DNA of 64,000 bases, taken from an uncultured Bacteroidales bacterium. GTDB taxonomy: Bacteria > Bacteroidota > Bacteroidia > Bacteroidales > PUMT01. Position numbers and translations under genes: made by a program. Position 1 is the first letter of the stretch, and each line of letters opens with the position of its first letter. The notes below the pieces were generated by a model. The model did no database searches. It was not told the origin of the DNA and was given only the letters and a program-made list of their open reading frames with translations. The DNA is taken from the NCBI GenBank assembly GCA_964421595.1, contig CAYQXY010000014.1, positions 10,536-74,535 on the forward strand. Reading direction: 5' to 3'. Shown piece after piece: positions 19,114-27,745 of the stretch.

Positions 19114-20385
19114 TTATTTTCTTTTTGAGAGAACTTTTTTCTCATAATTACTAATTTCAAGCAGATAATCTTCTGCAACCGGCACATTGCTTACCATACA
19201 ATAATAGTCATATACTGCACCAAATGGTTTGGCCTTCAATATCTCCAAAAGAGCAAGTCTTTCAAAATTCCTTCCCCCTGTCTCGTATTTCCGTAACAGA
19301 TCTGCGGGCTCCAGAAGGGCATACAGGAATGCGAGCTGAACTGCGCGTACACCGATAACATATGCTCCTACCCTGTTAATGCTGGCATCGAAAAAGTCCA
19401 GTCCAATGTTCACTCTGTCAAGTGCATTGCAGCGAATTACTTCCTGTGCAATAAGTTGTATTTCATCATTGAATATGACCACATGGTCGCTGTCCCATCT
19501 TACTCCCCTGGTCAGGTGAAGTAAAATCCGGTCAATAAACTGCAGGGTGGCAGAAATCTTGTCACCTACCTGCTCTGTTGGATGGAAATGTCCGTTATCA
19601 AGACAAATCATTTTATCATTTCGGGTTGCATATGCAAGGTAGAATTCATGTGAACCGACTACCATTGACTCAGACCCAATACCAAAAAGTTTACATTCAA
19701 GAGAATCCTGAATGTGTTCCTGCGGATAACTGACACTGTATATCTCATCGAGCGAATCTTTCAGAAGTGCCCTGTGTTCATAACGATTGACAGGTGTGTC
19801 TTTTGAGCCGTCAGGAATCCAGATATTGTGAACACAGGGTGTTCCCAGCTGCTTACCCATTTCTGCAGCAATCTTCCTGGTGCGTTTGACATGTTCAATC
19901 CAGAATTTACGATGTTTTTCATTCCTGCTGGATAGAGAAAAGCCATCATCGGCAAACGGATGTGAAAAACAGGTCGGATTAAAATCCAGACCGGTACGAT
20001 GTCTTTTTGCCCAATCGATCCACCTCTGAAAATGTATTGTTTCTATTTTATCCCTGTCCACTTTCCTGCCTCCAAAATCACCATATATTGCATGAAGGTT
20101 TAGTCTCTGTTTACCTGGCAGCAATCCAATGACCTTGTCAATGTCCTGCATTACCTCATCAATTGTACCGGCCTTTCCGGGATAATTGCCTGTTGCCTGA
20201 ATCCCGCCTCCGCCAAGCGATGAATCTGCCGTTTCAAATCCGCCAACATCGTCGGTTTGCCAGCAATGCAGGGATATTGGCAGGTCATTCAGCTTCTTTA
20301 ATGCTACTTCAGTGTCAACCCCAAGCAGATGATACTGCTGCTTTGCCAGTTCATATGCTCTTGTAATTTCCAAATAGTTTTCCAT
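19114..20385 (-). CDS. rhaA: L-rhamnose isomerase
   Basis: 423 aa and collinear with E. coli RhaA as I recall it. Shared blocks are SLHCWQTDDVGGFE, GGGIQATGNYPGKA, LNLHAIY, GLDFNPTCFSHP, DNGHFHPTE, RWDSDHVV and GLDFFDASINR. Confidence 0.92.
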   Translation of the reverse strand: MENYLEITRAYELAKQQYHLLGVDTEVALKKLNDLPISLHCWQTDDVGGFETADSSLGGGGIQATGNYPGKAGTIDEVMQDIDKVIGLLPGKQRLNLHAIYGDFGGRKVDRDKIETIHFQRWIDWAKRHRTGLDFNPTCFSHPFADDGFSLSSRNEKHRKFWIEHVKRTRKIAAEMGKQLGTPCVHNIWIPDGSKDTPVNRYEHRALLKDSLDEIYSVSYPQEHIQDSLECKLFGIGSESMVVGSHEFYLAYATRNDKMICLDNGHFHPTEQVGDKISATLQFIDRILLHLTRGVRWDSDHVVIFNDEIQLIAQEVIRCNALDRVNIGLDFFDASINRVGAYVIGVRAVQLAFLYALLEPADLLRKYETGGRNFERLALLEILKAKPFGAVYDYYCMVSNVPVAEDYLLEISNYEKKVLSKRK

Positions 20386-20754
20386 AGGAGATATTTACAT
20401 CAATCTTAATATATTTATAACCGGTAATGATTTTCTGAAAGATTACCCCGTTATTTCAACAAATATAACACCTATCACTATAAAATGCGGCAAATTCCCG
20501 GAATTTATGTTCTCATACCCCACTGACATTTACCTCTTACTGTGGCAAGTTAATAAATAATGTCACGGCTGCACTGAAAAAATATTAATAAATCATTTCA
20601 ATAACTGTTAATGGATAATCATCCTGATCTTATTAAACCTTTCATCAATGATGAATTACAAAAAAACTTACATCAATAGTATCATTAATGCTAATTATTG
20701 TATTTTTAGAAGCCATTCTAAAAAAATTTACGCTTAAACCCAATACCATTAAAA

Positions 20755-22143
20755 ATGAAGGCTTCTTCCATAACAAGCAAACTTGACAAACTTTACGAAT
20801 TTGACCGTGAGCCTGTTACCAAAAACAGACTTCAGGGAATCGGCAATTTCCTGGGATTGTATGCAGGTGAACACGTAGCGGGCACCGAGTTTGTGATTGG
20901 TATTTTGTTCGTTGCCCATGGCGTTTCTGCCGCCGACCTGTTTATCGGGGGCTTTATCGGAAACCTGCTTGCCGTGCTGAGCTGGGCATTAATAACATCC
21001 CCCATAGCTGTTAAAGAGAGACTGTCTCTTTACTGGCAACTGAGGAAGATTTGCGGACCGGTACTTGTATTTATATATAATATTGTAAATGCGCTTATGT
21101 TTTGTTTTCTGGCCGGCGCGATGGTGGCTGTATCTGCTACTGCAGTGGGTATACCTTTCAATATTGCAATGCCATCGCTGGGTGACCTTTATCCCAGCAG
21201 TATCGGGTGGGTAGTTACTGTAATATGTGTGGGCGGGGTAATTACAGCTATTGCAATAATGGGTTTCGAGTCCCTGGCCAGATTTGCAAAAACCGCTGCT
21301 CCCTGGATGTTCCTGATATTTGTGGCAGCAGCTGTCAACACTTTTCCAAAGCTTGGAATTGAACCCGGATTGGGAAACTTCTGGCAGGTGGCCAATGATA
21401 CCATATGGACCGGAGTTGCAAGGGAAGGACAATCTCAGTTTACAATCTGGCACATAATATTCTTCACCTGGCTGGCTAATGCAGCTATGCATCTGGGCAT
21501 GTCAGACCTGTCAATATTCAGATACGCAAAAAAATGGTATTATGGTTTTGCTTCTGCTGTCGGGATGTTCATGGGGCATTATATTGCGTGGATTGCCTCG
21601 GGAGTTATCTATGCCGCGGCGACAAGTGATGCACCGGGCCCGGTTGCCTATCAGGCAATTGGCATTGCGGGGGCTATCTGCGTGGTAATTGCAGGATGGA
21701 CCACCGCAAATCCAACCCTCTACAGGGCAGGCCTGGCCCTGCAGGTTGCATCTCCAAACTGGCAAAGATGGAAGGTGACACTTATTGCGGGATTAATTAC
21801 TACCATCGCAGCAATGTTCCCGGCCCTTGTTATGAGGTTGCTGGACTTTGTAGCGCTATACGGGCTGGTTTTAATACCGATGGGTGGAATAATATTTGCA
21901 GATTTTTACCTGTTCAGGAAAATAGGACTGGAGAGCTATTTTGCAGAGAAACATAAGTTACTCTTTAATACTGCTGCCGGAATTACCTGGTTTCTGCTGC
22001 TTGCCCTTGCTCTGATAGCCAACAGGGTATTCGGGATAGAACTTTTCTTTCTGCCCGTACCGACATGGATTGCATCTATCGGACTGTATATTGTGTTTTC
22101 AATTGTTTATCAGAAACATGTAGGTAGCAGAATGGCAGTTTAA
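20755..22143 (+). CDS. Polytopic membrane transporter, NCS1/purine-cytosine-permease-like (family assignment weak)
   Basis: 462 aa with about 12 hydrophobic helices. It is divergent from rhaA. It does not resemble the roughly 340-aa RhaT (DMT) or MFS sugar carriers by eye. Confidence 0.55.
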   Translation: MKASSITSKLDKLYEFDREPVTKNRLQGIGNFLGLYAGEHVAGTEFVIGILFVAHGVSAADLFIGGFIGNLLAVLSWALITSPIAVKERLSLYWQLRKICGPVLVFIYNIVNALMFCFLAGAMVAVSATAVGIPFNIAMPSLGDLYPSSIGWVVTVICVGGVITAIAIMGFESLARFAKTAAPWMFLIFVAAAVNTFPKLGIEPGLGNFWQVANDTIWTGVAREGQSQFTIWHIIFFTWLANAAMHLGMSDLSIFRYAKKWYYGFASAVGMFMGHYIAWIASGVIYAAATSDAPGPVAYQAIGIAGAICVVIAGWTTANPTLYRAGLALQVASPNWQRWKVTLIAGLITTIAAMFPALVMRLLDFVALYGLVLIPMGGIIFADFYLFRKIGLESYFAEKHKLLFNTAAGITWFLLLALALIANRVFGIELFFLPVPTWIASIGLYIVFSIVYQKHVGSRMAV

Positions 22144-22178
22144 TTAAGCAGAGTTGATTAATTTAATAACAAAAAGAT

Positions 22179-22394
22179 ATGCAATCAGGAATTAGAAATT
22201 ACAAAACGATCCTTATTATAATCGCAATATCAGGCCTGTTGCTGACAATTGTCCCCTCGTTCCTGAACTGGCAGGGGATCATTCAACCTGCACTGGTTAA
22301 TAATCTCATGCTGGCAGGCACAATATTGTGGTTTGTACCTGCGGTTTTTCTCTTTGGCATTAAGTCAGATGTAAATGTAGACAGTGACGACTGA
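22179..22394 (+). CDS. Small two-helix membrane protein (possible transporter accessory subunit)
   Basis: 71 aa, starting 36 nt after the transporter stop. It has two hydrophobic helices (ILIIIAISGLLLTIVPSF and LMLAGTILWFVPAVFLFGI) and an acidic tail. Confidence 0.4.
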   Translation: MQSGIRNYKTILIIIAISGLLLTIVPSFLNWQGIIQPALVNNLMLAGTILWFVPAVFLFGIKSDVNVDSDD

Positions 22395-22413
22395 CTCTAT
22401 AACATGCCACTTT

Positions 22414-22728
22414 TCAGTCCATATGAAAAACCCGTTCCAGTGCAATGGAGACCGGTGAGAAATCATTATTTGTCTCCATAATATCTGACATATGCTTCCA
22501 CCATGTTTGAACGATCTTCTCTTTGCCAAGGTCCTGTGATGATTTTTCGGCTGATTGTCGCTGGACTGCGAACAGGGTATCGGTATCGTGGTCCAGAAAG
22601 ATAGTGTAATCTGCAATACCACTGTCCTTTAGGAGTGATACCAATTCAGGCCATATTTCATTGTGTCTCCTGATATACTCATCCCGGCAGCCTTTTTTAA
22701 GTTTCATCTTAAAAGCGATCTTCTCCAT
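22414..22728 (-). CDS. rhaM: L-rhamnose mutarotase
   Basis: 104 aa. IAFKMKLKKGCRDEYIRRHNEIWPEL...YTIFLDHDTDTLFAV matches the RhaM/YiiL pattern (YxRRHNxIWPEL). Confidence 0.9.
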   Translation of the reverse strand: MEKIAFKMKLKKGCRDEYIRRHNEIWPELVSLLKDSGIADYTIFLDHDTDTLFAVQRQSAEKSSQDLGKEKIVQTWWKHMSDIMETNNDFSPVSIALERVFHMD

Positions 22729-22890
22729 TCTGGTTAGATTTAATTACATCGGCAAAACTTAAAGCTATTAACCTAAATATAAGCGCTTAAGACTTAACGG
22801 CAGAGTAGTTCCCACGGATGAATCACCTTAAAGAACCTGCTACCGGACAATCCTGTCATCTGCACTTAGAATTAAATACTGTTTTTTTGA

Positions 22891-24153
22891 TCAGACAGGC
22901 CTTGCATGTTCAAGAAGAAACTTTTCTGCCTCAGATGACCATATGAACTCATTTGCAGCCAGCATCCGGTGCAGCTCTTTGAAACACGGGTCGATCCTGC
23001 CAAGCTTTTCAAAATCTTCAATGGCAGTGAGCGGCAAAGAAATATTTGTATAGATCAGCTTCTTCCCACCGGGTATTTCAGGCAGCCGTTTGGTAGTATC
23101 TATCACCGCATCGAGTCCCCCGATATGGGTAATCATGGCCGCAGGATTTATCTTACCGGCGGCCATCAACTCCAGGGCCTCTTTCATGTCATCGGTATTG
23201 CCACCGCTTGTACCAACTATATGGGTAAAAGCGTAATGTACATTATAGAAATTCATCTCAGCGCTGAATGCGGGGTCAGATGGTCCGGCGAAAAAGTTAA
23301 GACAGCCGTCAAATCCAAGGATTTTGTCTCCTGTTTCAATAACAGGCCTGACAGGGGCGAAAACAAACACATCGTCATAGCCCATGTCACCGGTAAAGGA
23401 CCGGAGCTTAGCTACAGGATCAGTTACTCCGGATGTATTTAAATATATAAGCTCGACATTGTTTTTTGCCGCTTCCTCAACTGTATGGATCTTTGCAGCC
23501 CGCTCAAGCCGCTCATCATCAATATCAGTTACAACCAGCAGCCGTGGCCTGATATCACGGTGAATTGCATAATCGACAGCCCCGAGGCCCATTGGCCCTG
23601 CCCCGGCAAGAATTGCCATCGTTCCGCCCTCCTTTATGCCCATCTCGTGATGGTAAACACCATTTTTAGTATGGTATGAGGCATTAAATGCCCCAATTAC
23701 ACAAGACATTGGTTCTGACAGGGAAGCGTGGAAAAAACTCTCTCCGTGGTAGGGCAAAAGACAGCCCGTCTCCATAACTTCCTGCGGAATAATCACATGA
23801 GTGGCATCACCACCGATAAACCTGAATGAATAACCTGGTGCATCAAGGCTCCCCTTGTAGTTCATTGCTGGCTGGATTGAAAATTTATCACCTGGCTTGA
23901 ACTGATCTGCCCATTTCTTTCCTACCTCAATGATTATACCACTAAACTCATGTCCTATTATTGTCGGATTTATATGAACATCGTCAGGAACCCTTTTGTG
24001 ATCGGCTCCCTGCTCCACTGCCTTGAATGATGACATGCAAATACTGTCTGAAATCACCTGTGCCAGTATCTCATCATCCTTCATAAGGGGAAGCTCAAAT
24101 TCCTCAAGTCTCAGGTCATTCTTTCCGTATAATCGTACTGCCTTGGTTTTCAT
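22891..24153 (-). CDS. Zinc-dependent medium-chain dehydrogenase, L-sorbose-1-phosphate-reductase-like
   Basis: 420 aa. The N-terminal MKTKAVRLYGKNDLRLEEFELP, a GHEFSG zinc-ligand block and the Rossmann LAGAGPMGLG are present. Length and N-terminus resemble proteins annotated SorE-like, from memory. Confidence 0.7.
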   Translation of the reverse strand: MKTKAVRLYGKNDLRLEEFELPLMKDDEILAQVISDSICMSSFKAVEQGADHKRVPDDVHINPTIIGHEFSGIIIEVGKKWADQFKPGDKFSIQPAMNYKGSLDAPGYSFRFIGGDATHVIIPQEVMETGCLLPYHGESFFHASLSEPMSCVIGAFNASYHTKNGVYHHEMGIKEGGTMAILAGAGPMGLGAVDYAIHRDIRPRLLVVTDIDDERLERAAKIHTVEEAAKNNVELIYLNTSGVTDPVAKLRSFTGDMGYDDVFVFAPVRPVIETGDKILGFDGCLNFFAGPSDPAFSAEMNFYNVHYAFTHIVGTSGGNTDDMKEALELMAAGKINPAAMITHIGGLDAVIDTTKRLPEIPGGKKLIYTNISLPLTAIEDFEKLGRIDPCFKELHRMLAANEFIWSSEAEKFLLEHARPV

Positions 24154-24324
24154 AAGATTAATTTTAAAAAAATTTTAACCAGGAATAGCGCTGGCTAAGA
24201 ATACGTGATTAGTTAAGCCTGCAGCAACATGCCGGGCTTTTACCGGGATCAACGCTACAAGCCCCATGCTGCAAAAATATAGTTCAGGCTAAACCCCGCC
24301 GGTGGTACTAAAAGCCGCCAGAAA

Positions 24325-26298
24325 TTAATGCAGCATACTCTGGCCGCCTGTCACAGGCACGGCCTGACCGGTTTCATACCTCTGGTCAATAATATAATAC
24401 ATCGCCTTCATTATATCCTCTACCCTGCAACCCCTGCCCGCGGGAACCTGCGATTCATAAAACCGCTTTACATCATCAACAGTTTCTGCTCCCGGCACCT
24501 TTCCTGCCCGCAGATATTGAACAAACAGCCCGTTCTCCGGGTCAGACCATAAAGGCCCTTCGAAGAAATTTCCCGGGCAGATGGAATTGACCTTTATATT
24601 ATAAGGAATGAGCTCGAGCGCAAAAGATTGTGTAAGCCCTATTCCCCCAAATTTACCACCGGCATATGCAAAATTCCTGTTGCTGCCTTTGAGTCCGGAT
24701 TTGGAATTTATCTGAACAATATCGGTAAAATGCTCACTATTATATTTATTCTGCAGTTTCAAAACGGCAGAAGCATATTTTGCACAGTGGAAATAACCTG
24801 AATAATTAACCCGTGTTACTCTTTCAAAAACATCTTCTGTCATCTCCTCAAGAGAGCCTGCATAAAGAATGCCGGCATTGGAAACCATAAGATCGAGTCC
24901 CCCGAAATTCCTGACTGTATCTGACACAAGCGACCTGACAGACTCAGGATCGGCCGTATTGCACCTTATGAACACTGCCCGGTTCTTCCCACCCCTTTGA
25001 TTCATTTGATCAACCAGGTCCTTCGCGGCATTTTCGTTGATATCGGCAATTACCACATTTGCTCCCTCATCATATAAAGAAGAGGCAATACCTGCACCGA
25101 AACCCATGGCTCCTCCCGTAACAATTGCTATTTTACCGTTAACAATGCTATGCCTTTTCTCTCCCTTAGCTACCTGTCTTCTGTAATTTTCAACCTCCCA
25201 TGAATCAATGAAAGCAATCTGCCGGTCATTCATAAACCTTGGTCCCCCGAAACTCTCCGAAAACAGGCTGATCTTCATAAGATCTTCAAAAACATCCAGC
25301 GAGGTGCTGGCCGATTGCCAGTTGTCACCTGCAGCCAGGAGTCCGTAATCCTTAATCATTATAATATGTGGGAAGTAGCCGTTATCATTAACAAACGCAG
25401 GTAACTTTTCCTGAAAAGCGGCAATTACATCTTCTGGCGAATCTGCCTGATCGATGTATAGATAGGCCGACTTGCAGTAAACAATTATATCTGGTGTAAA
25501 TGGAGCCGCTACCCTGGAAAAGGACTCCTTGTCCTTGCAAAAATGAGCAATAAGGCTGTTGTTTCGCAGACTAAGAGTTTTAAGGCTGTCGCCGGGTGAG
25601 AGTAACATTCTGAGTGCAGGAAGCAGATTTGTTACATCAGGAACAGGTAATTCCGAAATTTCAGGAACCTCTTGCAGCCGGGCTTTGATTTTCTTGAAAA
25701 TATCAGCATAAATTGACCTTATCTCCCCGGTGGTGTTGGCGGATACAAATACGCCATGATTTTCGAGAAATATTATCTGCGGATCATTGCCATTCTCACT
25801 CCTGTAATTTTTAATCTCTTCGTGCACTTTGCAAAAAAGTATATAGCCAGGGTCAGTATAGGGTATATAAAGCGCATCACTGAACAGTTCTCCGGTAATC
25901 CTCTGTGAATCAAGGCCGCATAACAGTGCATTTACAAGTGTAGGATGCAGGTGAATAACAAAGCTGTAATCAATTATATCATGCAGGTTGGTTTCGACCG
26001 AAGGCCTGAGCTTAGTAGCAGGATCAACACAGCTTGCATACAGGTCAGCCTTAACCTGTTCTTCCCTGGTATCAGGATCGCTGCTGTATTTCTTCCCCGG
26101 CATTTCACTCAGTCTGGAACGGTCCATTACTACAAACCCGTCCTGATCGATGGTTGCCAGGCCGGTACCACTGGCCTTGATCCACAACCTCTTTTCATCC
26201 TTAAATGAGGTATTACCCCCGCCCGCAATAACATAGTCGTTGTCAGCACCATAAAATCTCGAAATATCAATAAGGTCCTGTATTTGTTTATCAATCAT
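24325..26298 (-). CDS. Bifunctional class-II aldolase/adducin-domain plus SDR fusion (RhaEW-like rhamnulose-1-P aldolase/lactaldehyde dehydrogenase)
   Basis: 657 aa. The N-terminal roughly 390 aa are aldolase-like (GGGNTSFK, HLHPT). The C-terminal SDR part has IAIVTGGAMGFGAGIA and catalytic YAGGK. Confidence 0.85.
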   Translation of the reverse strand: MIDKQIQDLIDISRFYGADNDYVIAGGGNTSFKDEKRLWIKASGTGLATIDQDGFVVMDRSRLSEMPGKKYSSDPDTREEQVKADLYASCVDPATKLRPSVETNLHDIIDYSFVIHLHPTLVNALLCGLDSQRITGELFSDALYIPYTDPGYILFCKVHEEIKNYRSENGNDPQIIFLENHGVFVSANTTGEIRSIYADIFKKIKARLQEVPEISELPVPDVTNLLPALRMLLSPGDSLKTLSLRNNSLIAHFCKDKESFSRVAAPFTPDIIVYCKSAYLYIDQADSPEDVIAAFQEKLPAFVNDNGYFPHIIMIKDYGLLAAGDNWQSASTSLDVFEDLMKISLFSESFGGPRFMNDRQIAFIDSWEVENYRRQVAKGEKRHSIVNGKIAIVTGGAMGFGAGIASSLYDEGANVVIADINENAAKDLVDQMNQRGGKNRAVFIRCNTADPESVRSLVSDTVRNFGGLDLMVSNAGILYAGSLEEMTEDVFERVTRVNYSGYFHCAKYASAVLKLQNKYNSEHFTDIVQINSKSGLKGSNRNFAYAGGKFGGIGLTQSFALELIPYNIKVNSICPGNFFEGPLWSDPENGLFVQYLRAGKVPGAETVDDVKRFYESQVPAGRGCRVEDIMKAMYYIIDQRYETGQAVPVTGGQSMLH

Positions 26299-26310
26299 CT
26301 GAAAAAATAT

Positions 26311-27543
26311 TTATCCATTTAAAAACCTGTCAATAACAGCCTTGCCAAGTGTAATAAACTCACTGTTTTTTTCTTTAAATTCCCTTTCGGGGAATGAAAC
26401 GTATCCCTGTTCGCCCTTCGCACGCAAATACTGATGGGCGGCAACAATACACGCCCCTTCGTACCCGACAATCCGAAGTTCTTCATCAAGAGGAACCCCG
26501 CCCCTGGCAGAAACCTTCAGGGGATCGAGCGAAGGTGTGTTATGCTCGGTTCCGAACATAACAATAAATCCTTTTTCCCTGAAAAAAGTTACAAACGATT
26601 TAAGGATATTTAGGTCATTTCTTCCCGGTATAAGCTCAATACATGAAACATCCCACGATCTGAGACTTTTATACAGAGCCTCAGCATCAGACTCAAACTC
26701 AGTTTTCCAGCCCCTGGTGTCATCCAGTAAAACCGGGTAACAGGGGATGCCACCACCATCGCGGATTATTGAGATGATCTCACCCAGATCAAGAAAAGCC
26801 GCCGGGTCTTCCTCTACAAATGCAGCTCCGCCAGCCTTTAGCATCCTGCCCCTTATATCGTTTTCAACTGCTGCCGGACTGGTAACATCTGCAGAGGATT
26901 CCTTACCACCGTATAAAGTTTTAAGAAACTCCTTCCTTTCTTCGTCCGAACTGCACTTCACCTCCATCATCAATCTGACGGCACGGGCGATGTGTCTTTC
27001 CCTTACCATCCCTTTTGTAAACCTCTTCTTAATTTCATCAAAATCAAGATGCAAACTTCCATCTGCAGATTTCAGCTGTTGATTTAATTTTTCAGTCATC
27101 TGCCTGACCTGCCTGTGGCTTTCTGTGGTGATTCCGATTATCTTCTCAATTGACAACGGAGAAAAACTGACAGGAAAATCAAGGCCCTTCCCGCTGAAAT
27201 ATATGCGCCCCGGATTATTTGGATCGTTGACCCTTATTCCGTCCTGTTGCTCATTTTTCAGCAAGCCCATAAACTCGATGTTGAAAAGGGGAAAAACCTT
27301 ATATTTTATGCCAAACCGGGAAAAATCTTCATAACCAAGTGTAGTATTAAAATCGTTTATACCAAGTATTCTTACCTGCTCCCGCGAAGCAAGAATGAAT
27401 GCCTGCTGAGTGTCATCAAAGGCACTGAAGGAATATGGCGTATGAATATGTCCATTCACATCGGGAACCCTGGAAGCTTCTTTTTCTTTATAGCTGGCTA
27501 TCAAAATATCCCTGTCGGGAAATCCGTCCAAAAAATTAATCAT
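26311..27543 (-). CDS. Uncharacterised PHP-like metal-dependent hydrolase-fold protein
   Basis: 410 aa. It has an N-terminal NGHIHTPYSFSAFDD block (an HxH...S motif as in PHP domains) and a C-terminal FGTEHNTP block. It ends 12 nt before the RhaEW-like start. I do not recognise a characterised orthologue. Confidence 0.45.
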   Translation of the reverse strand: MINFLDGFPDRDILIASYKEKEASRVPDVNGHIHTPYSFSAFDDTQQAFILASREQVRILGINDFNTTLGYEDFSRFGIKYKVFPLFNIEFMGLLKNEQQDGIRVNDPNNPGRIYFSGKGLDFPVSFSPLSIEKIIGITTESHRQVRQMTEKLNQQLKSADGSLHLDFDEIKKRFTKGMVRERHIARAVRLMMEVKCSSDEERKEFLKTLYGGKESSADVTSPAAVENDIRGRMLKAGGAAFVEEDPAAFLDLGEIISIIRDGGGIPCYPVLLDDTRGWKTEFESDAEALYKSLRSWDVSCIELIPGRNDLNILKSFVTFFREKGFIVMFGTEHNTPSLDPLKVSARGGVPLDEELRIVGYEGACIVAAHQYLRAKGEQGYVSFPEREFKEKNSEFITLGKAVIDRFLNG

Positions 27544-27745
27544 TACTACTTGTATTTATTTTAATCTTCTTCCTTAATGATATAAATATGTCATCTATAG
27601 CTTGCCACAGGTTCAGGAATCTGTATTGGACCTGCAGCAGTCTTTTAAGTCTTATTTAATACCTGAAAAAGGCCCTCAGGTATTGAGCAGTGTCATTGTA
27701 TGCAAGAACTTTCAAATCAAGTTATGCTGGATGCTCAGATAAATT

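Noticed and set aside
20989-21492. 167-aa minus-strand ORF (with other 60-90-aa ORFs between 21189 and 21956)
   Set aside because: All are embedded antisense or out of frame within the 462-aa transporter gene. Their Cys/Ser/His-rich composition is typical of shadow frames.
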